Positions 1 through 11,600 of a stretch of DNA of 64,000 bases are shown one piece after another (positions within the stretch are counted from its first letter, which is position 1; each line of letters opens with the position of its first letter). The position numbers were made by a program, and so were the translations under genes. The notes beneath the pieces are model-generated. The model was not told the DNA's origin. It saw only the letters and a program-made list of their open reading frames with translations, and searched no databases. Source of the stretch: Ranitomeya imitator (Eukaryota); contig NC_091286.1 in assembly GCF_032444005.1 (NCBI RefSeq), positions 27,280,001-27,344,000 of the forward strand, in the 5' to 3' direction.

Positions 1-705
1 AAACTATTATAATGGGGGCGTAGCTATGTAGCTGAAGAGAGAGGGCGCACCCTGGGAGAGATCCTGATATCCTGACTACATCCTGCCATTAAGACCCCTT
101 CTAAGTGTGGGCTACCTATCGGGTCTGAGGCCCTTTGGACCCTGGAGGGTGTGCGGCTGCTGCAGGGAGCGCTGTGAGGACCTGAGAGACGCCGGGAACC
201 GAGGGAGCCTGCACGGTCGGCGGGATCCAGGTGAGGCGGCGGCCATTTTACAAGCGCGCGCTCTAACAAGCTACAGAGAGGCGCCAGCTTCTGTCGGTGC
301 CGGGACTCCCCCCTGAGCCTTGGGAAATCCCCGGTACCTGCGGGTGAGTGTGGCAGGGTTCTGGTGCACTGGAGGAACTCGGACGATGGTGGCGGTGTGA
401 GGCGGCGGTCACTACACAAGCGCGCGCGCTGACCGGAGGAGACGTGACGCTGATCACCGTAATTGCAGCGCTGTCTAGGAGGTGAGCACGCATTCTGAAC
501 TCCTGCTGCATTTATTACTTTGAGCACCTCACCCATTTAGTTCTGCCTCATAATATAATATAAATACTTTACACCAGCCCTGCCATCTCTGTGACTGGAA
601 CTTGGCATTATTCCATAATATAACTTCAGTTATTTTGCTGCCTCTCACTTCTGTCAGCTATGCAGCACTCCATGGGATCTGGTGCTGCTGACAGATTGAA
701 AAGAT

Positions 706-1549
706 ATGCCAGAGATGACCCCCTCGGATGGTGTGCGAACCCTTAGAAATAATCCCTCGCAGGCTCAGCGCAAAAGCCGCCCTTCTGATAGTAATGAGGA
801 GGGGAGACATGAAGAACTGACCCTCAAACAAGCACCTGAACAATTAATGCTAGCTATCTCCTTAACCAGATCATCTCTTACTGAAAAAATAGAAGATGTG
901 CACACTGAGGCAGGATATGCAAGCCATGAGAGGACGTATCACATCACAGAGGTGGAAACGAGAGTGTCACAAATAGAAGACACCATCACGCCCATGGAGG
1001 CTAAGTTGACAAAGGTGGCTGGCTCTATAAACGCCTGGAAACAAAAACCAGATGATTTGAAGAACAGACTGCGTCGGAATAATATCCAAATTATTGGTCT
1101 GCCGGAACGCTCAGACGGCCAGCAACCTGAGCAATTTTTAGAGAGCTGGCTTAAGACCTCTCTGGGAGATGAATTCTCCTCAGCATTCTCTGTAGAGGGG
1201 GCCCACAAGACCTCTCCCTCCTGAAGCCCCGCCGAGACCTTTTTTGGCGCGTCTTCTCAACTGCAAGGATAGAGACACTATTTTACGACTGGCACGGCAG
1301 AAAAGCCCTATCAAATTTCATAACGCCACAATCTCGATTTTTCCGGATTTTTCTATGGAGCTTCAGAAACAGCGTGAGCGGTTCATGGAAATAAAGAAAC
1401 AACTCAGAGACCAAAATGTTATGTACTCCATGATTTATCCAGCTCGACTACGAATTGTTCATGAGGGTTCTTCTATATTTTTCACTGATCCGGAGGAAGC
1501 GGCTGAATGGCTTCGGACCCACAGGGCGTCCAATGCAAAGAAATCCTAA
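706..1549 (+). pseudogene. L1 ORF1p (RNA-binding protein) with frameshift near 1222-1244
   Basis: Coiled coil followed by RRM/CTD-type motifs typical of L1 ORF1p. Confidence 0.8.
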
Positions 1550-1608
1550 TGTATTTATGATACTACCAGAATTCTTTTTTCTCCTTTTTCTGATAACTGT
1601 ATAATGGA

Positions 1609-2066
1609 GCTCTCTGTGTGGGCGGCCGGAAAGCAGAGCGGTGACGTCACCGCTCTCCTTTCCGGCTGGACGGCGCTCACAGCCAGTACAGGAGGAGTGC
1701 AGAGAAGCAGAGCGCCGGGGACAGACAGCGGTAGGTAAGTATGTAGTGTTTGTTGTTTTTACTTTTACGCTAGTAACCAGGGTAAACATCGGGTTACTAA
1801 GCGCGGCCCTGCGCTTAGTAACCCGATGTTTACCCTGGTTACCAGTGAAGACATCGCTGGATCGGTGTCACACACGCCGATCCAGCGATGTCTGCAGGGA
1901 GTCCAGCGACGAAATAAAGTTCTGGACTTTCCTCAGCGACCAACGATCTCCCAGCAGGGGCCTGATCGTTGGTCGCTGTCACACAGAACGATTTCCTTAA
2001 CGATATCGTTGCTACGTCACAAAAAGCAACGATATTGTTAACGATATCGTTATGTGTGAAGGTATC
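1609..2066. mobile_element. Right half of a hairpin-rich TTAA-targeting MITE (T2/Kolobok-like)
   Basis: Ends GTGTGAAGGTATC followed by TTAA; nested palindromes including a perfect 32-bp stem at 1773-1842; no left TIR seen. Confidence 0.6.
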
Positions 2067-2816
2067 TTAAGATCTATTAAGGGGAAATGGGGGGAATTCT
2101 TTCCGATATACAAGGAGAGGAATGGGAAGATATTCTAGAATCTCCAATTAAAGTATCCCCATCAGTTAATAATAGGATGACCCAGCTATACAAAATACAT
2201 GAATCGTACTTAACTCCGATACAACTTTTTAAAATGGGTTGATTCCAAACACCAGAGTGTCTGCGATATCACTCAACGGATGCAGACTTTATTCACGATA
2301 TGGAGGTGCCCTATCATTCTTCATTACTGAAAAAAGGTGACGTCACTATTAACATCTTTGCCATTAATTCCTGTTCCCCTTGATACATTAATTTGCATAT
2401 TTGGAGTATGGGGGGAGGAGACTTGGGATCATTATATTGATATTGTCTTACGAGAGACGCTCTTTATGGCACTGTAGTGGATGGGGAGCTCACGTCCATC
2501 TCTGAGAACTTGGATCGACCTGGTAAATTCGATTATTCCATATGAACGTACGTTGTACCAGAACAGAGGGTGTTACAGTTATAATTCAAGACTTATGATT
2601 TTATGTTTCTATTTACATAACACATATGGTGCAGATGACCTAACATAGACAATTTATAGCTACAAGATAACACTTGTTATGAATAAATATAGGCATTTTA
2701 TTGTATGTTTAACAATGCATAAAATTATTTCTTTTTTTCTGTTTATAGGGTTTACTGATCAGGTTTAATTAATCTTATTTTTGGATAGATAGGACTTTTA
2801 CGAAGGTGGAGATACC

Positions 2817-5133
2817 AAATACAGGGATTTTTGTGTACTCACCGTAAAATCCTTTTCTCCGAGCCAATCACTGGGGGACACAGGACCATGGGTGTTATGC
2901 TGCTGCCACCAGGAGGACACTAAGTAATACAGAAAGAATAGCTTCTCCCTGCAGTATACACCCTCCTGCTGGCTCCAAGTGAACCAGTTCGGTAACAAAG
3001 CAGTAGGAGCTTAACATTTAACCAGGATGAACTATGTCAAAACCAAGCCAACACAGAAAACCAAAGCCGTTAGGATAACAGGGTGGGTGCTGTGCCCCCC
3101 AATGATTGGCTCGGAGAAAAGGATTTGCAGGCAACCGTGTCTCTTCCTTTTCGGCTGCGGCCACACTGCCTTATGCCTCGGCGCGGCTGCCTTTGCAGGC
3201 AGCCGCGCTGCTCCTTTTTTTTCCGGAGGCCGCACTGTCTTTTATCCGACGGGGTAGCCCTGTGGCAGCCACGCCGCTTCTTCTCCCGGCGCCACGGCCC
3301 TCTCCGTGGCAGCAGGCTTCTAATTTAGGCCCCGGCTTCTGCTCGGGCCTACTCTTCCGGTGCCAACTCCGCCCACTTCCTCTTCTCTCGGGCGGGCTTT
3401 TCTCCCACCCGAATGTCATAGCCCGCCCACCAGCGCCATCTTGGTGCTCCCCTACAGGCAGTTTAGCTCCGCCCACCACTCCTGTGCCTCTTCAGGAAGC
3501 ACAGTGTGGGTTTTCCCAGACTTTTTGTTAGGCTTTGATTGAGACATAGTGTAGCCTTGAGGAGAGCACTAACTAGCAGGGGAAGGGTTAAGCTTGCTGT
3601 CACGGCCTGCAGCACCGCAGCCGCCATTTGTGCGGACCGACATGACCCACGCACCCGGGCTTTAAGATATATGCGGACCTCCCTTATCCCAGGGACCAAG
3701 ACCCCCCAGTGCCTCGGCCCCGCAGGTGTACTCACGGTAGATGCGGTGGGCCGCTGCTCAATCCACCGTCGCCATAGTCAGGGAGGGGGTGGAGAGCTTC
3801 TGCCGCCTTCCATCATCCGCTATATCAGTGGTGATGCTATGGGCGGCTGCACGGACGCCATAAATATCATGTCCGGCTATGTACCTGGCTCCAGGAGAGG
3901 TAGATGGAGGGCTATTCCATGTGGTCGCCTGCTATAGAGAAGGGAGATCGGAACGCGAAGGAACCGTCGCCCGTAATGTGAGCTCAGGGCTGGCATCCAA
4001 CGGTGCAGGAAAGGGTATGGGGAGGGACGCTCCGCGTTCTCGCCTGTTGATGGTTCGGGGGAGATCAGAACCTAGAAAGGATCCGTCGCCCCCATTCGCT
4101 CCGTTAAGGGAAAAATAGAATAAAAATGGTGGGGTCTGAAAGCAGACCCAAGTGCTTCCTACAGACACTAAGCAAGAACTGGTTCACTTGGAGTCAGCAG
4201 GAGGGTGTATACCGCAGGGGAGGAGCTGAGAGCCGGCAGGAGGGTGTATACCGCAGGGGAGGAGCTGAGAGCCAGCAGGAGGGTGTATACTGCAGGGGAG
4301 GAGCTGAGAGCCGGCAGGAGGGTGTATACCGCAGGGGAGGAGCTGAGAGCCAGCAGGAGGGTGTATACCGCAGGGGAGGAGCTGAGAGCCAGCAGGAGGG
4401 TGTATACCGCGGGGGAGGAGCTGAGAGCCAGCAGGAGGGTGTATACCGCGGGGGAGGAGCTGAGAGCCAGCAGGAGGGTGTATACCGCAGGGGAGGAGCT
4501 GAGGCCAGCAGGAGGGTGTATACCGCGGGGGAGGAGCTGAGAGCCAGCAGGAGGGTGTATACCGCGGGGGAGGAGCTGAGAGCCAGCAGGAGGGTGTATA
4601 CTGCAGGGGAGGAGCTGAGAGCCAGCAGGAGGGTTTATACTGCAGGGGAGGAGCTGAGAGCCAGCAGGAGGGTGTATACTGCAGGGGAGGAGCTGAGAGC
4701 CAGCAGGAGGGTGTATACTGCAGGGGCGGAGCCGAGAGCCAGCAGGAGGGTTTATACTGCAGGGGCGGAGCCGAGAGCCAGCAGGAGGGTGTATACTGCA
4801 GGGGAGGAGCCGAGAGCCAGCAGGAGGGTGTATACTGCGGAGGAGGAGCTGAGAGCCAGCAGGAGGGTGTATACCGCAGGGAAGGAGCTGAGAGCCAGCA
4901 GGAGGGTGTATACCGCAGGGGAGGAGCTGAGAGCCAGCAGGAGGGTGTATACTGCAGGGGAGGAGCCGAGAGCCAGCAGGAGGGTGTATACTGCGGAGGA
5001 GGAGCTGAGAGCCAGCAGGAGGGCGTATACTGCAGGGAATGAGCTATTCTTTCTGTATTACTTAGTGTCAGCCTCCTAGTGGCAGCAGCATAACACCCAT
5101 GGTCCTGTGTCCCCCAATGAGGCGTAGGAGAAA
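2817..5133 (-). mobile_element. Rearranged, deleted DIRS1-like retrotransposon relic
   Basis: Inverted terminal repeats TGGGGGACACAGGACCATGGG at about 2872 and about 5098; minus-strand leader homologous to the intact DIRS at 60537; gag start MSQSKPNKKSGKTHTV at 3547; partial ICR at 3073-3125. Confidence 0.88.
4191..5045. repeat. 39-bp minisatellite (about 22 units) inside the DIRS terminal repeat
   Basis: Unit GAGCCAGCAGGAGGGTGTATACCGCAGGGGAGGAGCTGA. Confidence 0.97.
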
Positions 5134-5475
5134 TACTGTATATACCACAGTATTGCAGTATAAAGTAAAAATCACAGCCTCCTATGAAGCATGGCCAATG
5201 ATGAGGTGGTCTTCACAGGGGAATCGTCAGGAGGGTCTTCAGCTATCGCAACCCAACGCCGTACTGTGATCGTTAATGTCTGTAATAGGTTAAAGGAGAT
5301 TTCTCCACAAAAGACGTGTATCCACAGGACCCCCATAATCACGAGAATACCACAATAATGTAAAAAGAGACACAGATATCGGCCATGAAAATGTGGTAGC
5401 ATTAACAATGGTAGTAATAGTGAAGGAGAGGATGTAGAATAACATATGTACGGTATAATCGGTGTCTGCCATTAC

Positions 5476-5627
5476 CTGAGCCTTGTCCTTTACATTAGCC
5501 GTGTTGACAAACCACTGCTGGCTGGCCCGGATGATGATGGGCTTCTTGGTCCTCCAGTCATAGGGGTAACTATGAATTAAACTCTCCTCCTTAACCAAAT
5601 TCTTTGCACCGAGCAGCATCTGTATGA
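5476..5627 (-). CDS. IARS2: IARS2 exon 11
   Basis: [40 protein letters not shown]...AQ; 152 nt. Confidence 0.97.
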
Positions 5628-8600
5628 CTAAAAGGAAGAAACAAATGTAAGTAGGTGACCAGGAGACGAGAATTTATATTCCCCGATGTGGCATTTTATT
5701 CTATGTGTCAGCAAGTGAAAATGGCAAATTTTTTGTGCTTATTTTATTCCCGATGCTCCCTATTATTCGGTTTTCTTTAAATCCGTTATACCAGGGGTGG
5801 GCAATTAATTTTCCCGAGGGGCCACATGAGAGACTGTGACTGTTGTGTGGGGCAGAACCAATAGGCTGAAATGAATTAAGCTCAATATTAATATCAACAT
5901 ATAATTATTAATATGATAATTATAATATTAATTATCACTCAATATTGAGCAGAATTAAGTATGCCGACATTACCCTATACACTGATTGAACCCGAATACA
6001 GCTTCTTCTGTCTATCGTATGAGCTCCACACAGCCCCCCGATGTTCAGCATATGGGGCTCACACAGCCCGCCGATGTTCAGCATGAGGCCCACACAGCCC
6101 CCCGATATCCAGCATATGGGGCTCACACAGCCCGACGATGTTCAGCATGAGGCCCACACAGCCCCCCGATGTCCAGCATATGGGGCTCACACAGCCCCCC
6201 AATGTCCAGCATATGGGGCTCATACAGCCTCCCCATGTCCAGCATATGGGGCTCACACAGCCTCCCCATGTCCAGCATATGGGGCTCACACAGCCTCCCC
6301 ATGTCCAGCATGAGGCCCACACAGCCTCCCCATGTCCAGCATATGAGGCCCACACAGCCTCCCCATGTCCAGCATGAGGCCCACACAGCCTCCCCATGTC
6401 CAGCATATGAGGCCCACACAGCCCCCCGATGTCCAGCATATGAAGCCCACACAGCCCCCGATGTCCAGCATATGAGGCCCACACAGCCCCCGATGTCCAC
6501 CATATGAAGCCCACACAGCTTCCCAACGTACAGCATATGAGGCCCATACAGCCTCCCCATGTCCAGCATATGAGGCCCACACACTGCTCCGATACCGCTG
6601 GATCCGCTCTGCCATTTTGGAAGTGTATCGCACACAGGATAGACTGCCCCCGCCCCGATCAAAGCTCACTCTACTCGAGCAGTTGGGATCTCCTGGGCCG
6701 TTCACCATCAGGCTCAGCAAGGCTGCTACATGGTGTTCAGTACATATCTTCTTAAAGTTTTACAGAGTGCTTATATAACCATGCCTCGGCCGATGGGAGC
6801 TGAGGTAGGAAGGTTCTGCTAGCGACAGTCGCCCGTGTATTGTCCTGCTCTGGACGCTCTTCCGTTTCTTATTTCCCACCCTTCGGACTGCTTTAGCTCG
6901 TCCCATGGTTTCCTGCGTCCCCCAATGAAGGCTCAGAGATAGATTTTACGGTAAGTAGCACTAACCCCCTTTGAGACTCCCTATACTTGATAATTTCCAA
7001 GAAAAATTGACACATGCTACTTGATAAATGTGAGTCTTTTTTATTCTTCTATAAGGAGGGAAAATTACTAGGGTTTAGTAGTCAATGAGCCCTCCTCTCA
7101 CTGTACCTGCTTATTTTTGTTCAAGCAGCTAAAAATATAAGAGACAGAAAAAAGGATAGACAGACAAACAGGTGGGTATTTTCGTGGCAGCCTTTGATCC
7201 ATTCGTGATTCTGGCTCACAAAATCGCCACGAAATCTTCATGTCTAATTGCAGCCCAGACCGCCCTCTACAGTGCAATTCCGGTAATTTGAGATTTTACT
7301 TCCCTTTTACAGATTACATACCGGCTTCATTTCCATCTTCAAGCACAACTTTACTTTCCAAATCAGCTCCCGCTTCAGCAGTAAAGCGTCCTGCTTCATC
7401 CACCAGACAGTCCTTCAGAAAACAAGGGGGGGGGACAAAACAAATAAAGGTATTCAAAGTTAATTTACTTCTTATATGACGAAAACGTGAGATGATCATT
7501 TCTACAATTGTCTTTGCTTGCTTTGTAAGATAGTTTAGCAGAGTTTGTGCTGATTGCTCTGCACAAATAGCAGAAATTTAGAGGAAGCAGCACTAAGGGA
7601 CACAGGACGAGGCTTCTCAAAATCAATATTTTTTACCTACTGCGCCCAATAGGTTATATGGGTTGTCCACTGTTAGAAAACATGGCTGCTGAGTTCTAAA
7701 TACAGCGCCGCCCGTGTCTGGTATTACAACTTGAATGGTGCAAAGCTGCAATGTCACACACGGGTGGCGTTTCTTTTGTAAGAAGGCCGCCATGTTTTTT
7801 TCTAATCTTGAATGACAATGGTTGTAATGAACCAAATGACCATTTATTACAAGCATCAATAGTCACTGACCACAGGTAACTTGTGATTGGAGGCCACTCC
7901 GTAGTCTTCGACGCCGTGAGCAGGCGCGGTGTGCACAAGGCCGGTGCCCTTTCCCATAGTCACGTGGTTTGCAGCTAGGAGGGGAGACGTGCGTCCAGGT
8001 ACGGCAGGGTGATCGCAGACGCCGTTCTCCAGATCAGCTCCTGAGTTGTCAAAGAAGGAAGACGTAATGAAAATTTGCCAAACACAACTATAGTGAAAAG
8101 CTAACAAATGTTCCCCCCCTGGGGTCTTTACATAATTTTGCTACAGATATTTCTCATGTTTAGTAGTAGAAAAGCATGGCTGCTTTCTGACAGTGTCACT
8201 ACTCTCCAGGGGTTATATCCGATGAAGAAGCTCAGCTCCACTGAAGTGAATAGGATCCGAGGGGCAAATCCACACACAACCCATTCACAGGTGTAACTAA
8301 TCCCTATTGAGGATCTGTCACCAGATTTCACAATATAATCTGCAAATATTAGTAAAAAAAAAAAAAACAAGTGTTAGATCTGATGATTCTGGTGTGCTTA
8401 CTTCGACATTCAATATACACCATGTTCCAAATTATTATGCAAATGATATTTTTCTTGGATTTTTCTAAATGGTCGGTGCAAATGACAGTCAGTCTAATAA
8501 AAGTCATCACCCGTTAGATTATACATCGAATTTTATTGAAGAAACCTCCCAATGATAACAGTATAATCTCCAAAATGAATAAAAACTCAATGCACTGTTC

Positions 8601-11600
8601 CAAATTATTAGGCAGAGTAGAATTTCTAAACATTTGATCTGTTTTAAAGAACTGAAAATGCTCATTTGTGGAATTTGCAGCATTAGGAGGTCACATTCAC
8701 TGAACAAGAAAGCTATTTAACTCCAAAACCTCCTAACAAGCCAAGTTACCTGGTAACATAGGAACCTTCTTTGATATCACCTTCACAATTCTTGCATCCA
8801 TTGAACTTGTGTGTTTTTGGAGAGTTTCTGCTTGTATTTCTTTGCATGAAGTCAGAATCGCCTCCCAGAGCTGCTGTTTTGATGTGAACGGCCTCCCACC
8901 CTCATAGATCTTTTGCTGGATGATTCTCCAAAGGTTCTCTATAGGGTTGAGGTCAGGGGAAGATGGTGGCCGCACCATGAGTTTATCTCCTTTTATGCCC
9001 ATAGCAGTCAATGACTCAGAGGGATTCTTTGCAGCATGAGATGGGGCATTGTCAGCATGAAGATGATTTTGCTCCTGAAGGCACGTTTCTGATTTTTGGA
9101 CCATGGAAGAAAGTTGTCAGTCAAACTCTATATACTTTGCAGAGGTCATTTTCACACCTTCAGGAACCCTAAAGGGCCCTACCAGCTGTTTCCCCATGAT
9201 TCCGGCCCAAAACATGACTCCTCCAGCTCCTTGCTGACGTCGCAGCCATGTTGGGACATGATGGCCATCCCCCAACCATCCACTACTCCATCCATCTGGA
9301 CCATCCAGGGTTTGCTCGACACTCATCAGTAAACAAGACTGTTTGGAAATTAGTCTTCATGTATGTCTGGGCCCACTGCAACCATTTCTGCTTGTGACCA
9401 CTGTTTAGGGGTGGCCAAATAGTAGTTTTATGCACCACAGCAAGCCTTTGAAGGATCCTACACCTTGAGGTTTGAGGGACTCCAGAGGCACCAGCAGCTT
9501 CAAATATCTGTTTGCTGGTTTGTAATGGTATTTTGGCAGCTGCTCTCTTAATCCGTTGAACTTGCCTGGCAGAAACCTTCCTCATTATGCCTTTATCAGC
9601 ACGAACACGTCTGTGCTCAGAATCAGGTACAGATCTCTTCACAGTACGATGATCAAACTTAAGTGTTTGGGAAATATCTAATGTTTTCATCCCTTGACCA
9701 AGACATTGCACTATTTAACGCTTTTCAGCGGCAGAGGGATCCTTTTTAGTTCACCATATTGCTTGAAACCTGTGGCCTGCTTAATAATGAGGAACATCCA
9801 TTGAGCCCTGAGACACAATACCATCAATGAATTTATTTGAAAAACAAAACAATTAAATCTTTATGACAGAAATCCAATTTGCATGATAATTTTGAACACT
9901 GTGTAAGTATGGCTGCATAACTCTTTTCAGACGTTTCCCTGTCTGTTTGAGGATTATACAGTAAGTCACCAGCCCCATCAGGCCTGAGAGATGTAATAGC
10001 TAATGTATGCAGTTTGTATTGCGACATCTGCCCTAACAAAACTCTTACAAGATGTAGTGAACGATAGTTGCATTCTGCAGACAGAATTATTAAAATTCAC
10101 CTTTAAATGTTGAAATGACCTCAAATTTAGTCCCCAGGGACAGTGCCGTGGACTCCACACAATCAGCAGCCAGGATATACATCTCCCCTGAAGATCCGCA
10201 CTTCACGATGGAGTACCTGCAAGTAATACAGAAGATTAGGCAGGATCTGTGAGAGCGGATTTACACCGGCCGATCATCGAGAATGAGAGTGACTGTGCTC
10301 GCTGGTTTCCCCGATAATCAGGCAGTGTACGCAGGCTGCGGATCACTCCACCAATGAGCAAAACAGTGCGATTGCGGTACTATTTACACCCACTACACAG
10401 TGTAGGCAGATGGGCCACTTATGGCACGACATCACACCCTTCAATCAGATCGGTTGTGGTCTGACTCTTGGCACTCCAACCATTCTCATATCGATGACCT
10501 ATCCTAAGCCATCATAAACGAAAACACAAAGTGGAAAGAAGAATATTCAATCATGGCTGAAAAAGCGTTGTCACCCTTACAGCTTACAAAGAATGCCTCT
10601 TTAACTGGGTCCTCCATTGGATGACATTTCCTACAGACATTCTATAAATTTAAATTTACCATCTCATCCGCATAGCAAAATCTTGGATGTACGAGTCTCG
10701 TCGGCTTTACTGTCCTACATAATATCAATGTGACTATAAAAAATGACGTACATAGTTTCCGGCATGTAGCAGACCGCCTGGTTAGCTGGAATGGTCCACG
10801 GCTGCGTCGTCCAAATCAGAGCGCTGACCGTAGCAGATCCATCTGTGAATCAAACAAAGTATAATAATCGCAGTATTGCTGCAGATCGTGCCTACTAAAC
10901 ATGCCAAGAAATGCTCAAAAAGTGCTCAGTGTCGCCCCCTGCTGATTAGGAGACAAGATCTGCCGAAAAAGACAGGTAATTTTCCTTTTTTCTTTATCAA
11001 AAAAGGGAATAGTTACACTCTTAAAAGTTGAAAAAAACTGTCACAGAGACATGCCAAAATTTTTGGGTGCCAAAACCCGTAGCTGTCGCTAAAATGGAAA
11101 AGAAGCATTCAGCTAAGCACTGCTTCAAGACTGAAGAAGGACTCGAGAAAAAGACTAAAGAGCAAGTCTTGTGCGTCAGAGGAGAGCCGAGCACTTCCGC
11201 TCCTTCAGCAATAAGTGGACGTCTCAGCCCCGGAACCTCGTATGAAAACGTGTACCATGCCTCTTTCACACGTCAAAAATGGTTTAAAAAGTCCATCCAC
11301 ACTTTACATCCATCCCAGGACTGACCCTGTTGTCTTTATCAGCTCTCTGATACAGCCCCCTAATGACAGGAGTATGGAACTTTATCCCGATGAATATTTT
11401 TTTTTTAGAATTTTCTTCATGTCTGAATTTTTTTCCCAAGTTGCATGTATTAAATAGCGCACATTAAGAAGAAATTGTTTTGTTCCAGGGGATGTTACCT
11501 ATGACAGAAGCGAGTTTTGGGGGAGGTTTCTGCAGTGGAAACTTTACAAAGATGGATCGGCTGACGTGTTGCTGGTTGTATTCTAATTCGGCCTCAGCCA

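Larger units (their letters stand above)
430..2790 (+). mobile_element. Internally deleted L1-clade LINE (5' region, frameshifted ORF1, 3' end of ORF2); ends approximate
   Basis: ORF1-like motifs DLKNRLRRNNIQIIGLPE, VEGAHK, FPDFS, YPARLRI in two frames (706-1224, 1244-1549); stop-ridden ORF2 C-terminal remnant at about 2070-2600 with no endonuclease or RT core in between. Confidence 0.8.

Noticed and set aside
2817-5133. Fully cis-competent non-autonomous DIRS
   Set aside because: The ICR is truncated at the junction near 3125 and the left ITR is interrupted by an 850-bp array, so I treat it as a rearranged relic unless copies are found.
1-5475. miR-194/miR-215 cluster expected in an IARS2 intron
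   Set aside because: Neither mature sequence was seen by eye; from recall the host intron follows exon 12, which lies outside the window.
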